A stretch of DNA of 64,000 nt from Promethearchaeota archaeon (GCA_019058295.1 JAHPZI010000007.1:1-64000), one strand, 5' to 3'. Shown: positions 10,414 to 21,372, counted from the stretch's first letter. Numbers and translations are program-made. The notes: generated by a model from the letters alone, not told the origin.

Positions 10414-12510
10414 GTGACAAATATGGAAATACCAATCTATATTTTTCTTGCTTTGATTGCGGGAATCCTTAGTATTTTAATGGCAATTCTATTTGCTAAA
10501 AAGGTAATGAAGGCAGATCCTGGCAATGAAAGAATGCAAGAAGTCTCAGGTTATATTGAATCTGGTGCCAGTACCTTCATTAGAACACAGTATAAAATAT
10601 TAGGCATATTTGTAATTGTTCTTGCCATAGCTTTATTATTTCTTCCTTCTCCACTCGAGAATAGTAGAAGAGCTATTGTATTTATGAACTGGGAGCAGAG
10701 TTTATGCTATTTAATTGGAGCAATTGCTTCAATGCTGAGTGGGTGGCTAGGAATGGAAGTGGGGGTCAAGGCTAACACAAGAGCAGCACAAGGCTGTACA
10801 GTTGGAACCAAGGAAGGGTTTAACGTAGCTTTTTTCGGTGGAGCTGTTATGGGGCTTGCTGTGGTTGGTTCAGCGTTAATCGGAGTCTCTATTATATACA
10901 TGGTTTTTCAATCTGTGTTGATTGTATTAGGATTTAGTTTTGGTGCGAGTAGTGTTGCATTGTTTATGAAGTGCGGCGGTGGTATTTATACTAAAACTGC
11001 TGATGTAGGTGCAGATTTAGTAGGCAAGGCAGAATATAAACTTCCTGAAGATGATCCTCGTAATCCAGCTACAATCGCAGATAACGTAGGAGATAATGTT
11101 GGCGATATAGCAGGAATGGGAAGTGATTTGTTTGACTCTTATGTAGCGTCTATCGTAGCGGCAATGATTTTATCGACATCAGTTCTACTAGTTGGGTCAA
11201 AAACGTTAATACCTCTTTTCATTATATTACCTATTGTAATATGCAGTGTTGGATTAATCGCCTCTTTAATTGGAATCTACATTATTAAATGGTTTGGTTC
11301 TGAGGAACCAGGAAAAGCTCTTAATACAGGGACTTATTTAGCAACGGTAATTTTTGCGGTTTTAGCTTTCCTTATGATATATATAATGGTATTAGAATAT
11401 CCTAAGTTTTTTGATAGGTTATGGGGTATCTATTTTTGTACTGTAATTGGTCTTATCAGTGGTATTGTAATAGGTTTTACAAGCGATTACTATACTAGGG
11501 AAGATAGAGCACCAACAAGAAAAATTGCTGAAGCTGCTCAAGAAGGGGATGCAGTTGTAATACTTTCTGGATTTTCATACGGTCTATTGAGTGTCATTCC
11601 AGCTGCTATAGGAATTATAGTTGCTATGACTATTGCTTACATACTATATGGTGTTTTAGGAGTGGGAATGGCTGCAGTTGGAATGTTAGCCATTGTAGGT
11701 ACGATTGTCGCAAATGATGCCTATGGTCCTATATGTGATAATGCTCGAGGTATTGCTGAACAAGGAGATTTAGGAGATGATGTCATCCGAGTTGCTGATA
11801 AAATGGATTCCGCTGGAAATACTGCCAAAGCAATCACTAAGGGATTCGCTATAGGAGCTGCTAACTTAACAGTAATAGCATTATTGTTTTCATTTGCACA
11901 AGAGGCGGGAATTTCATTAATCGATTTACTTACTATAAACGTCCTAATAGGTGCCTTCATAGGTGTCATTGTGCCGGCATTGTTTTCGGCTCTATTAATC
12001 CTTGCTGTACAAAGAAATGCTGGGAAGATGGTACATGAAATTAGAAGACAATTTGAAGAAAATCCAAAAATACTTACAGGTGAAGAACCCGCTGATTTCA
12101 ATAAATGTATTAATATCGCTACCAGGGGAGCTTTAAGAGAACTTGTTCTACCAAGTATAATATCCATTGTGATACCAATAGGAGTTGGAGTTCTTTTTGG
12201 AGTTGCAGCACTAGGAGCATTCTTAGCTGGAGCTATCTTATCTGGATTCGTATTCGCAATTTTAATGTCAAATGCCGGAGGTAGCTGGGACAACGCTAAA
12301 AAGTTCATTGAAGATGGAAACTTAGGCGGAAAGGGTACTGATACACATAAAGCTTCGATAACAGGTGACACTGTTGGAGACCCATTCAAAGATACTGCAG
12401 GTCCAAGTATAAACACGTTACTCGTAGTAATGTCCTTGACAGCCTCAATCTTTATGGGATTTCTCTTATTGTTCAGTGGCGGAAGGGGTTTACTTGCTCT
12501 TTATCTATAA
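10414..12510 (+). CDS. hppA: Membrane-bound ion-translocating pyrophosphatase (H+/Na+-PPase)
   Basis: GGGIYTKTADVGADLVGKAE, DNVGDNVGD, DAYGPICDNA and GDTVGDPFKDTAGPS motifs. Many TM helices. Confidence 0.97.
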   Translation: MTNMEIPIYIFLALIAGILSILMAILFAKKVMKADPGNERMQEVSGYIESGASTFIRTQYKILGIFVIVLAIALLFLPSPLENSRRAIVFMNWEQSLCYLIGAIASMLSGWLGMEVGVKANTRAAQGCTVGTKEGFNVAFFGGAVMGLAVVGSALIGVSIIYMVFQSVLIVLGFSFGASSVALFMKCGGGIYTKTADVGADLVGKAEYKLPEDDPRNPATIADNVGDNVGDIAGMGSDLFDSYVASIVAAMILSTSVLLVGSKTLIPLFIILPIVICSVGLIASLIGIYIIKWFGSEEPGKALNTGTYLATVIFAVLAFLMIYIMVLEYPKFFDRLWGIYFCTVIGLISGIVIGFTSDYYTREDRAPTRKIAEAAQEGDAVVILSGFSYGLLSVIPAAIGIIVAMTIAYILYGVLGVGMAAVGMLAIVGTIVANDAYGPICDNARGIAEQGDLGDDVIRVADKMDSAGNTAKAITKGFAIGAANLTVIALLFSFAQEAGISLIDLLTINVLIGAFIGVIVPALFSALLILAVQRNAGKMVHEIRRQFEENPKILTGEEPADFNKCINIATRGALRELVLPSIISIVIPIGVGVLFGVAALGAFLAGAILSGFVFAILMSNAGGSWDNAKKFIEDGNLGGKGTDTHKASITGDTVGDPFKDTAGPSINTLLVVMSLTASIFMGFLLLFSGGRGLLALYL

Positions 12511-12543
12511 TTGAACTGAGAGATTGAAGAATATCTAATAAAA

Positions 12544-12569
12544 TTTTATTTTTTTTTTTTTATTTTTTT
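12544..12569 (+). terminator. Oligo-T archaeal terminator-like tract after hppA
   Basis: Long T-run about 35 nt downstream of the stop codon. Confidence 0.5.
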
Positions 12570-12629
12570 ATCCTAAAAGTCTTATTCATAGAAAAAAGAT
12601 TTTTATTTCTATTTTGGTTATATAAATTT

Positions 12630-12960
12630 GACACATGAGATATGGGGCTGACGGTGGGCTAGACCCGCTGAGGAACCTCGCCTCACGTTCCAAGCAAGGA
12701 GTAGATAACTACTATGGTGAAAACCATATTTTAGCAACTGAAACGACACTGCCCTCTTACATATATTAATGATTTGGAAATAAGCCAAAGAAATTGTAAA
12801 AAGGAATGGTTGGAACGAGCTAAAACCCTGGTGCAAGGTCAAATGAAAGCTATGAGTATCTTGGAACGAGCTTTAGGTAGACCGCTTAGTTTGATGCCCC
12901 AAGTATTTATTATTCGGCGACGAAAATACTACAGAAAGGCGGGTATGTATCTCAGGTGTC
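12630..12960 (+). ncRNA. rnpB: RNase P RNA
   Basis: P1 end pairing GACAC-A-TGAGATAT / GTATCTCA-G-GTGTC. CR-I GAGGAACCTCGCCT (12670-12683) pairs, around a bulged U, with CR-V ACAGAAAGGCGGGTA (12931-12945) to form P4. CR-II/III-like GCAACTGAAAC and GTTGGAACG, plus GGTGCAAG. GC-enriched island of about 330 nt. Confidence 0.92.
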
Positions 12961-13052
12961 ATTCTCTAAAATTTTCAATTTCACTTTCACTTGGTACGAA
13001 CCCCTCTCGAGGATTAATTTAGGAAAATATTTTGCAAAAACACTAAAATAAG

Positions 13053-13262
13053 TTATTTTCCAAGCACTAAATTCGCAAAATATTCAAAACTTCTATTATA
13101 GGAACTCTCTGCTTCTTTTGAAATTTTAGCGAACACACAACCAGGTAATTCCCTCATTCTAAGATGATATTCTATACATTCACAACATTTTCCTAATCTA
13201 CTACAACTACTATAAGTACAAGGGCATTTTTTTTTAAGTTGTTCTTGATTGCATTCAGTCAT
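13053..13262 (-). CDS. Small Cys-rich protein (DUF6485-like)
   Basis: CPCTYSSCSRLGKCCECIEYH...ELPGCVF pattern. Confidence 0.75.
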   Translation of the reverse strand: MTECNQEQLKKKCPCTYSSCSRLGKCCECIEYHLRMRELPGCVFAKISKEAESSYNRSFEYFANLVLGK

Positions 13263-13330
13263 ATTAATGAAAATAAAAAATAAATAAAAGAATTTTCTAA
13301 TATTTCCTGTCTTTAAATGAGTAAAAAGGA

Positions 13331-13438
13331 TTAATCAACCATACTAAATGTAGCATCCTCCGAACCACATTCAGGACATTTTTCAGGAATATCTCCCAAA
13401 TCAAATACTGCTCCACATTTATCGCATTTCCAATGCAA
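13331..13438 (-). CDS. Rubredoxin-like / zinc-ribbon mini-protein (35 aa), not in ORF track
   Basis: TTG start gives MHWKCDKCGAVFDLGDIPEKCPECGSEDATFSMVD*, with W-K-CxxCG...P-x-x-CPxCG. Confidence 0.75.
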   Translation of the reverse strand: MHWKCDKCGAVFDLGDIPEKCPECGSEDATFSMVD

Positions 13439-13582
13439 ATTACTATCCTTTTATAAATGAGCATCTCAAATTTTTAATATAAAAGAAATAATAGATTTTT
13501 AATAAAAATCTTTTGCATAACAAAAAGCTAGAAATAGAGGTTGTAATTATTTTAAAATAGCAATTATTATTTTTTAAATGAA

Positions 13583-14725
13583 TTAAGATTGATCTTGATC
13601 TAATTCCCTATATTTTTCTAATAATTTGATTTGCTCATCGCTTAAGTTATTTGGAATAATAATATTTGCGATGACATATTGGTCTCCTTTCCCTTTCCCT
13701 CTCAAATAAGATGCTCCTCTATTTTTTATTCTAAACTCGGTTCCGAACTGAGTTCCTGGAGGTATAGTTAATTCTTTTTCTGCTATTGTTTTATTCTTGT
13801 GATCTAGTGTTGGTACATTAATTTTACCACCAAGAATAGCTGTTACAATATCAATATTTGCTTTAGTATAAAGATCATTTCCTCTTCTTATGAAATTTTT
13901 ATTTTGAATTATCCGAATCTTTAGATAAAGATCGCCTGGGATAGCTTTTGTTGACGGAATATGACCTGCTCCTTGAACTTTTAAATGAACTCCATTATCA
14001 ATACCGGCTGGGATATCCACATGAATTTTCTTTTTTTCAGGAATAGCCTTTTTACCATTGCATGTCTTGCATTTCTTAGTAATGACTTCTCCTGTTCCAT
14101 TGCAGTTATAACATTCTGTTTCTCGAATAATAGTTCCAAAACCAGAGCGAGTCATTTTCCTCATCCTTCCACTCCCCTGACAATCAGGACAGCTCTTTAC
14201 ACTTGAAGGATCTTGTGCTCCTGATCCCTCACAATCGGAACAAGGAATATATCTCTCAATATAGACGTCCTTTTTTATCCCAAACATTGCTTCTTCAAAA
14301 GTTAATTCAATTCGATCTTCAATATCTTGACCGACTTGTCTGCGTGGTGCTGCACGTCTACCCCTACTACTAGTAAATCCACCAAAAATATCATCAAATC
14401 CACCAAAACCTCCTCCTCCAAAGATTGATCTAAATAATTCATCAATTCCCGGAATACCACCACTAAAGAAATCGCTCATATCCACCTGTACTCCACTAAA
14501 ACCAAATTGGTCGTAATTTCTTCTTTTATTTGGATCGCTTAAAACTTCATAAGCTTCTTGGAGCTCAATGAATTTCTCTTTTGCCTTCGGGTCAGTCTTA
14601 TTCATATCAGGATGTAGTTTTTTTGCTAACCGACGATATGCTAATTTAATATCACTTTCAGAAGCGTCCTTTCCTAGACCTAAAACATCATAATAGTCTC
14701 GTTTATTTCTAGAACTCATATTCAC
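13583..14725 (-). CDS. dnaJ: Chaperone DnaJ
   Basis: J-domain with HPD, G/F-rich linker, four CxxCxGxG-type repeats. Confidence 0.98.
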   Translation of the reverse strand: MNMSSRNKRDYYDVLGLGKDASESDIKLAYRRLAKKLHPDMNKTDPKAKEKFIELQEAYEVLSDPNKRRNYDQFGFSGVQVDMSDFFSGGIPGIDELFRSIFGGGGFGGFDDIFGGFTSSRGRRAAPRRQVGQDIEDRIELTFEEAMFGIKKDVYIERYIPCSDCEGSGAQDPSSVKSCPDCQGSGRMRKMTRSGFGTIIRETECYNCNGTGEVITKKCKTCNGKKAIPEKKKIHVDIPAGIDNGVHLKVQGAGHIPSTKAIPGDLYLKIRIIQNKNFIRRGNDLYTKANIDIVTAILGGKINVPTLDHKNKTIAEKELTIPPGTQFGTEFRIKNRGASYLRGKGKGDQYVIANIIIPNNLSDEQIKLLEKYRELDQDQS

Positions 14726-14852
14726 TTAATTTTAAGTTTTAACTGTAAAAAGTTGTTAATTAAACTATTAAAATCTATTTAGAAATATATTTTTTTAGGT
14801 TCTATGGATATTACTAAAAAAAATATGAAAAATAAAATAAATTTAAGAAGAT

Positions 14853-16865
14853 TTATTCTTCCTCTTCGTCCCAATCTACATCTACTACTTTTTTCTTTTC
14901 GTCTTTTGCTTTTTCATCTTTTGCTTTATAAGAGGCACCGCCAGCACCAGTACCACCCATGCCACCTGGAGGGACTCCTCCCATACCTCCTGGAGGTACG
15001 CCACCCATACCACTAGCAGCACGTTGAGCTTGTTCGGCAGCCTGTTGATAAACTTGATCTTGAGCTTGGGTCTGGTAAATTCTCTGAGAAAAGCTATACA
15101 TTGATTTTTGCAGATTCTCAATTCCTAATTTAATTCTCTGAGGATCATCGCTTTTAATGTCTTCTTCCAACGATTTTATTGCAGCCTCAATTTCTTGTTT
15201 TTCATTCTCTTGTATTTTATCTTTATTTTCTTCCATTAATTTCCGAACCTGATAAATCATGGATTCAGCTTGGTTTTTGGCCTCAACCTTTTCTCTTACT
15301 TTTTTATCTTCTTCTTCAAATTGTTCAGCATTCCTAATTTTTTGTTGAATCTCATCCTCTGTAAGACCTTTAGATCCTGTTACCGTAATACCAGTTTCTT
15401 TACCTGTACCTAAATCTTTTGCAGTAACGTGTACAATCCCATCGGCGTCAATTGAAAATTTAACTTCAATTTGAGGCATTCCTCTTGGAGCAGGGGGGAT
15501 ACCTGTTAGATGGAACATTCCCAACGATATATTATCTTGTGCCATGGCTCTTTCTCCTTGTAGAACATTAATTGTTACTGCTGGTTGATTATCTGCAGCA
15601 GTCGAGAATATTTGAGACTTTTCAGTAGGGATTGTAGTATTTCTTTCAATTAGTTTTGTAAAGACTCCTCCTAAAGTTTCAACCCCTAAAGATAAGGGAG
15701 TTACATCTAATAATAATAAATCATCCACATCTCCAGCAATAACACCACCCTGTATCGCTGCTCCCATAGCTACACATTCCATTGGGTCGACAGAATGCTC
15801 TGGTTCTCTTCCAAAAAATTTTTTAAATCGCTCTTGAACTGAAGGCATTCTTGTTGGTCCGCCTACTAAAATAATTTTGTCAACATCTCTTACAGATAAT
15901 TTTGCATCGGAAACGGCTCTCTGCATTATTGGGTCTAATCTTCTAAGGGTGGGTTCTATTAACTGTTCTAATTTTGCCCTTGTTAGCTCCATTTCAAGAT
16001 GAACAGGATTTCCTTCCTTCTGACTTATGTAGGGAAGATTAATCGATGTAGTTAATGCAGTTGATAATTCAATTTTAGCTTTTTCGCCGCCATCTTTAAT
16101 TCTTATCATTGCTTTAGAATCGCCTTTTAAATCAATTCCTTCTTTCTTCTTAAATTCTTCACAAGCCCACTCAATAATAGCGTTATCCATATCAGTGCCA
16201 CCTAATTGTGTATCTCCCGCAGTTGATATCACTTCTACTACACCTTCACCGTATTCCATAAGCGTAATATCGAAAGTACCTCCGCCCAAGTCTAAAACAC
16301 ATATTTTCATTAATTTGTCTTTTGTATCTTTGTCTAATCCATATGCTAAACAGGCAGCAGTTGGTTCATTAATCATTCGAACAACTTCAAGGCCTGCAAT
16401 TTCGCCTGCATTCTTTGTTGCTGTTCTTTGTGCGTCGTTAAAATATGCTGGAACTGTAATCACAGCTTTTTTAACTTCTTCTCCCAAATAAGCAGAAGCA
16501 TCGTTTTTAATTTTTTTTAATATAAAACTTGATATTTCTTCAGGAGTGAATTCTTTCCATTCTTTTCCGACTTTTATTTTTGCCTTATAAGATAATCCCA
16601 TCTTTCGTTTAATTGCGGTAATTGTTCCATCAGGATTTGAAACTGCTTGACGACGTGCTGGTTCACCAACGATTTTTCGACCATTTTCGTCAAATGCTAC
16701 ATAAGAAGGGAATGCTTTTCCTCCAAGCGTTCTTCCCTCAGCAGCTGGTATGATTTCTGGTTTACCTGTTGCACTTAAAACTGAACATGCACTATTCGAC
16801 GTACCTAAATCAATTCCAACAATTTTCTCTTTTTTTTTTGGTTTTGTGTTTTCTCCTTCACTCAT
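14853..16865 (-). CDS. dnaK: Chaperone DnaK (Hsp70)
   Basis: [25 protein letters not shown] and DVTPLSLG motifs. GGMGGVPP tail repeats. Confidence 0.99.
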   Translation of the reverse strand: MSEGENTKPKKKEKIVGIDLGTSNSACSVLSATGKPEIIPAAEGRTLGGKAFPSYVAFDENGRKIVGEPARRQAVSNPDGTITAIKRKMGLSYKAKIKVGKEWKEFTPEEISSFILKKIKNDASAYLGEEVKKAVITVPAYFNDAQRTATKNAGEIAGLEVVRMINEPTAACLAYGLDKDTKDKLMKICVLDLGGGTFDITLMEYGEGVVEVISTAGDTQLGGTDMDNAIIEWACEEFKKKEGIDLKGDSKAMIRIKDGGEKAKIELSTALTTSINLPYISQKEGNPVHLEMELTRAKLEQLIEPTLRRLDPIMQRAVSDAKLSVRDVDKIILVGGPTRMPSVQERFKKFFGREPEHSVDPMECVAMGAAIQGGVIAGDVDDLLLLDVTPLSLGVETLGGVFTKLIERNTTIPTEKSQIFSTAADNQPAVTINVLQGERAMAQDNISLGMFHLTGIPPAPRGMPQIEVKFSIDADGIVHVTAKDLGTGKETGITVTGSKGLTEDEIQQKIRNAEQFEEEDKKVREKVEAKNQAESMIYQVRKLMEENKDKIQENEKQEIEAAIKSLEEDIKSDDPQRIKLGIENLQKSMYSFSQRIYQTQAQDQVYQQAAEQAQRAASGMGGVPPGGMGGVPPGGMGGTGAGGASYKAKDEKAKDEKKKVVDVDWDEEEE

Positions 16866-17063
16866 GATTTAAATTTCACCTTAATATATAAATAAAACAT
16901 CAATATCTATTATTTAATTGTTTTTCAATTATGATTATATTATAAATTAAACAATTTTAATTTTTTTATAATGATCTATATATCATTAAATTTTTTTTTA
17001 ATTATTATTTTATTAACTCATAATATTTAGTTAGTTTTTATATTAAAAATTAACAAATAAGTA

Positions 17064-17831
17064 TTGGGATCAAAAAGGATGACTAGTAAAAAGGAAAAAA
17101 ATGACAATGAAACAAATACTAAGGAAGAAATTAAAGATATCCTTAAGGAAAGAGTTGATGCAGAGCCTGAACTTCTTGAAGAAAAAGAAGGTAGTGATCA
17201 AAAACTTTTAGAATTTTATTCTAAAGAAGATTTAGTTAAGAAAGTTAAAGAACATGAAAAGAAACTTGAAGAAAAAGATAAAAAAATTAATGAATTAGAT
17301 GGATGGAAAAAGAAATTCACTCATTTACAGGCTGAATTTGAGAATGCCCAAAAGCGATGGGATAAAAGCCGTCAAGATTTAAGAACTCAATACAAAGCTT
17401 CAGTCTTGAAAGATTTTCTGCCTTTTTATGATTCTATTAAAAAAGCAATTGATAGCGATCATGAGAACGACACACTTAAGCAATTTTATAACCAGTTCTT
17501 AAATATATTAAAATCTCAGGGTGCTGAGCCCATAAATGTAAATATTAATGATTCTTTTGATTATAACATACATGATGCGTTATCTTCAATTGAAAAAGTG
17601 GATCTCCCAGAAAATAAAGTTGTAGATATTGTTCAAGATGGTTGGAAATTAGGTAAAGATGTTCTTAGATACGCAAAAGTAATAATATCTAAAAAACCCA
17701 AACCTCCTGAACCTGAACCCGAGCCTGAGCCCACTGTTGAAAGTGAATCCATAGCAGAGGAATCTAATATTGAGAAAGAAAAAACAGATACAAACCACTC
17801 TAAAATCGAGAAAGATAATACAAAAAATTAA
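17064..17831 (+). CDS. grpE: Nucleotide exchange factor GrpE (true start may be ATG 17079)
   Basis: LQAEFENAQKR coiled coil. FDYNIHDA...Q.GW.L...VLRYAKV. Divergent from dnaK. Confidence 0.9.
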   Translation: MGSKRMTSKKEKNDNETNTKEEIKDILKERVDAEPELLEEKEGSDQKLLEFYSKEDLVKKVKEHEKKLEEKDKKINELDGWKKKFTHLQAEFENAQKRWDKSRQDLRTQYKASVLKDFLPFYDSIKKAIDSDHENDTLKQFYNQFLNILKSQGAEPINVNINDSFDYNIHDALSSIEKVDLPENKVVDIVQDGWKLGKDVLRYAKVIISKKPKPPEPEPEPEPTVESESIAEESNIEKEKTDTNHSKIEKDNTKN

Positions 17832-17937
17832 CTTTTAAAATAAACATAAAAGATTATTATTTTGAATTCTTATATAAAGTAAATAAAATAAATTTCACTT
17901 AAGCACTAATAAAGTAAAAAACCCGAGGAGAATAACG

Positions 17938-18189
17938 ATTTCAGATGAACCTATATTTCCACCCATCCCTGCAATAACAGACGAATTTAAGAGAAAAGAA
18001 AGAGTTATTGAGAGTAAATCTTCCGTTTTAAAATGCGAGGGATGTCAAGCGAAGTATTCTCGGCCCTTTAAACCAGGAGATTTTACTTTCAAGAAGCTAA
18101 CTGATGAAGAATGTCAAAAGTGTGGATTAAGAAAGTTAACAATAGTAGAAGTTTATTCAGAATGGGTTGACCCAAAGAAAAAGAAGTAA
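17938..18189 (+). CDS. Zinc-ribbon protein (83 aa) with probable non-canonical ATT start, not in ORF track
   Basis: Frame reads ISDEPIFPPIP...LKCEGCQAKYSRPFKPGDFTFKKLTDEECQKCGLRKLTIVEVYSEW...KKKK*. GAGGAG at 17925-17930 lies 7 nt before ATT. No ATG/GTG/TTG in frame back to the stop at 17884. Confidence 0.7.
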   Translation: MSDEPIFPPIPAITDEFKRKERVIESKSSVLKCEGCQAKYSRPFKPGDFTFKKLTDEECQKCGLRKLTIVEVYSEWVDPKKKK

Positions 18190-18203
18190 TTCTTTTTACA
18201 TTT

Positions 18204-19199
18204 TTAAAATTTGTTCTCAAGCATTTTAATAATTAAGTTAGCCATGGAATAAGGATCCAACGATTTTTCCATAACTTCGTTTATATATTTCTCTATAACT
18301 TCGTTAGAATTCAATAACTCCTCAATTTTTTTTGTTAATTTATGCTTTAAGATTTGCAAAGTTTCTGTTTTAATACGATTCTTCAAATAGTTTGAAATTA
18401 TACCCGTTTTTTCTAAAAATTCTTTATGTTTCGAAATTTTCTCAAGGAGTAAATCGAAATTTTCTCCGGTCCTTGAGTTGACTTTAATTATCTCTGGCGT
18501 CCAATCCTTTATTTTAGCAAAATCTAAAGGGATTTCCTCAGAATCGTATTTAAAAGTTTCATTCAATTCGAGCATTTGCATTATCTCAGCAACTTTTCGA
18601 TCGGCACTATCTAAATCCATTTTATTAACCACAAAGATATCAGTAATTTCCATGATTCCCGCTTTAATGGCTTGAATATCATCTCCTAGACCTGGAACTA
18701 ATAAAACAACAACAGTATGCGCAGATTTGAAAATATCTACGTCAGATTGCCCTACACCGACGGTTTCAACGATGATAATATCACAGCCATATGCATCCAA
18801 GATTTTAATAGCATCATCAGTAGCTCTCGCGAGCCCTCCTAGCTGACCTCTATTAGCCATACTTCTAATAAACACATTTTCAAGTGAAAAATATTCCTTC
18901 ATTCTAATCCGATCTCCGAGTAATGCTCCACCCGTAAGAGGTGAAGTCGGATCTACGCAGATTATTCCTATTTTTTTTCCCTGACCAATAAAAATTTTTA
19001 TTAAGGTTGATATGAATGTGCTTTTTCCAGTCCCAGGGGCTCCCGTAATGCCTAAAATATATGCATTACCGGTATTTTTATAAATAGAGTTTATAATTTT
19101 TTCTGCAACATCAATATTATTTTCTGCTAAAGTAATAAGTCGCGCAGCAGCTCTTGTATTTCCTTCTAATAATTTCTCTATTAAATCAGAGTAATCCAT
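18204..19199 (-). CDS. meaB: Methylmalonyl-CoA mutase-associated GTPase MeaB/ArgK
   Basis: GITGAPGTGKST, VDPTSPLTGGALLGDRIRM, ETVGVGQS, NKMD. Confidence 0.96.
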   Translation of the reverse strand: MDYSDLIEKLLEGNTRAAARLITLAENNIDVAEKIINSIYKNTGNAYILGITGAPGTGKSTFISTLIKIFIGQGKKIGIICVDPTSPLTGGALLGDRIRMKEYFSLENVFIRSMANRGQLGGLARATDDAIKILDAYGCDIIIVETVGVGQSDVDIFKSAHTVVVLLVPGLGDDIQAIKAGIMEITDIFVVNKMDLDSADRKVAEIMQMLELNETFKYDSEEIPLDFAKIKDWTPEIIKVNSRTGENFDLLLEKISKHKEFLEKTGIISNYLKNRIKTETLQILKHKLTKKIEELLNSNEVIEKYINEVMEKSLDPYSMANLIIKMLENKF

Positions 19200-19205
19200 A
19201 TATAG

Positions 19206-19616
19206 CTATCTTTTTAAATTGTTTTTTACAAATTCCACAATGGTTTTTAACTCCGTGCCAGGTCCATAAAAACCTTTTAATCCATGCTTTTCTAAAAGAG
19301 GTTTATCCTCGTCTGGAATAATACCACCAACTGCTACAAGAACATCATCTATATTATGTTCTTTTAATTTATCCATAATAACTGGGCATAAAGCATTATG
19401 AGAACCTGATAAAATACTTAACATGACTGCGTCTGGGTCCTCTTGTATCACAGTATTCACAATATCTTCGGGAGTTTGATGAATTCCCGTGTATATAACT
19501 TCCATACCAGCGTCTCTTAAAGTACGCGCAAGTACTTTAGCACCTCTATCGTGGCCATCTAGACCTGGTTTGCAAACTAATACCTTTATTTTCCTTTCTT
19601 TAGACAATAAATTCAC
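19206..19616 (-). CDS. Methylmalonyl-CoA mutase, cobalamin-binding small subunit
   Basis: KPGLDGHDRG B12-binding motif, SILSGSH, GGIIP. Confidence 0.96.
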   Translation of the reverse strand: MNLLSKERKIKVLVCKPGLDGHDRGAKVLARTLRDAGMEVIYTGIHQTPEDIVNTVIQEDPDAVMLSILSGSHNALCPVIMDKLKEHNIDDVLVAVGGIIPDEDKPLLEKHGLKGFYGPGTELKTIVEFVKNNLKR

Positions 19617-19619
19617 CTC

Positions 19620-21254
19620 TTAAAAAACCGAATCCTCATGATAAGTGCCAAAAACTTCCTTTAGAGCATCAATGATTTCACCAACGGATGCATACTCTCT
19701 CACAGCATCCATAATATAAGGTATTAAATTCTCTGTGCCCTTTGCTGCGCCCTTTAATTTCTCCAATGTTTCCTTAACTTTATCATTATTCCTTTCTGCT
19801 TTAATTTTGTTTAATCTTTCTATTTGTTGCTTAGCAACTTCCTCGTCTATTTTTAATAAAGGAGTTGTACAAGGTTCTCTTAATTGAAATTGATTTACAG
19901 CAACAATAGTTCTTTCTTGGTTTTCAATCTCTTTTTGATACTTATAAGAAGCGTTGGCAATTTCTTTCTGAAAGAAATTCGCTTTTATAGCAGGGATAAC
20001 ACCGCCTAACTCTTCTATTCGTTCGAAATATTTTTCCGCTTCTTCTTCCATTTTATTCGTAAGCCATTCCACATAATAAGAACCTGCCAGAGGATCCACT
20101 GTATCCGTTACTCCGGACTCATGGGCAATTACTTGTTGAGTCCTTAAAGCAATTTTTACTGCGTTTTCTGTAGGAAGGCATAGAGCCTCATCAAACGAAT
20201 TAGTATGTAATGACTGGGTACCTCCTAAAACAGCGGCTAACGCTTGTAGTGTAACTCTTACGATGTTATTCTCGGGTTCTTGAGCCGTTAACGATACTCC
20301 CGCAGTTTGAGTATGAAAACGGAGTCGCATTGACTCAGGTTTCTTCGCGCCATATTTATTCTTCAATCGTTTAGCCCATATTCTCCTCGCCGCACGATAT
20401 TTACAAATTTCTTCAAAAAAGTTATTATGTGAATTAAAGAAAAATGATAATCTTGGGGCAAAATCATCAACATTTAAATCTCTCTCCATAGCAGCTTCAA
20501 CATAACCGAAACCATCGGCTAAAGTAAATGCCAGCTCTTGAACTGCTGTTGATCCCGCTTCCCGAATATGATAGCCACTAATAGAAATTGTATACCATTG
20601 AGGGACATATTTAGTACAATATTCTATCGTGTCGACTATTAAGCGCATTGATGGTTCTGGAGGAAATATCCACGATTTTTGCGCTATATACTCTTTTAAA
20701 ATGTCATTTTGTATAGTCCCTCTCAATTGATCTGGAGTATGACCTTGTTTTTCGCCAACAACGATATACATTGCTAGTAAAATCGACGCAGGCGCATTTA
20801 TCGTCATCGATGTTGAAATTTTTGAAAGATCGATACCATCGAATAATATCTCCATGTCCTTAAGAGTATCTATAGAGACACCCTCTTTTCCTATTTCTCC
20901 TAAAGCTCTCTCATTATCTGCCTCAATTCCATAAATCGTGTGAAGACTAAAAGCAACACTTAGACCTGTTTGACCATGATTTAGGAGGAATTTGTAGCGG
21001 TTATTAGTTTGTTCTGCTGAACCAAATCCTGAAAATTGTCTCATAGTCCAGAGTTGTCCCCTATACATCGTTGGATATGCTCCACGAGTAAAAGGATAGT
21101 GTCCAGGAGAACCTAAATCCTGAGCGTAATTAAAATTTTCTATATCATTTTCTGTATAAATTTCTTTTATTTCAATATCGGATAGATTAGTAAACTTTTT
21201 ACGTCTTTTTATTCGAGATTCTTTTTCAACTTCTTTTTCTTTGCTTTCAGTCAT
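19620..21254 (-). CDS. Methylmalonyl-CoA mutase family, large (substrate-binding) subunit
   Basis: PFTRGAYPTMYRG.LWTMRQFSGF, QNDILKEY, ISISGYHIREAG, TQSLHTNSFDEA. Phe in RQFSGF is typical of isobutyryl-CoA-mutase-like specificity. Confidence 0.96.
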   Translation of the reverse strand: MTESKEKEVEKESRIKRRKKFTNLSDIEIKEIYTENDIENFNYAQDLGSPGHYPFTRGAYPTMYRGQLWTMRQFSGFGSAEQTNNRYKFLLNHGQTGLSVAFSLHTIYGIEADNERALGEIGKEGVSIDTLKDMEILFDGIDLSKISTSMTINAPASILLAMYIVVGEKQGHTPDQLRGTIQNDILKEYIAQKSWIFPPEPSMRLIVDTIEYCTKYVPQWYTISISGYHIREAGSTAVQELAFTLADGFGYVEAAMERDLNVDDFAPRLSFFFNSHNNFFEEICKYRAARRIWAKRLKNKYGAKKPESMRLRFHTQTAGVSLTAQEPENNIVRVTLQALAAVLGGTQSLHTNSFDEALCLPTENAVKIALRTQQVIAHESGVTDTVDPLAGSYYVEWLTNKMEEEAEKYFERIEELGGVIPAIKANFFQKEIANASYKYQKEIENQERTIVAVNQFQLREPCTTPLLKIDEEVAKQQIERLNKIKAERNNDKVKETLEKLKGAAKGTENLIPYIMDAVREYASVGEIIDALKEVFGTYHEDSVF

Positions 21255-21372
21255 TTATAGACACCTTTTTTTAAAAATGGATTCAATTCTATTATTTTAA
21301 TAATTGTTTTATTTCATATAGATTTTTTGTTCTTACATTTTAGTTTTTGAATTATTATAAAACTATTTTAAA

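Noticed and set aside
12618-13022. ORFs 12618..12842 and 12774..13022
   Set aside because: They overlap the RNase P RNA and have no protein motifs.
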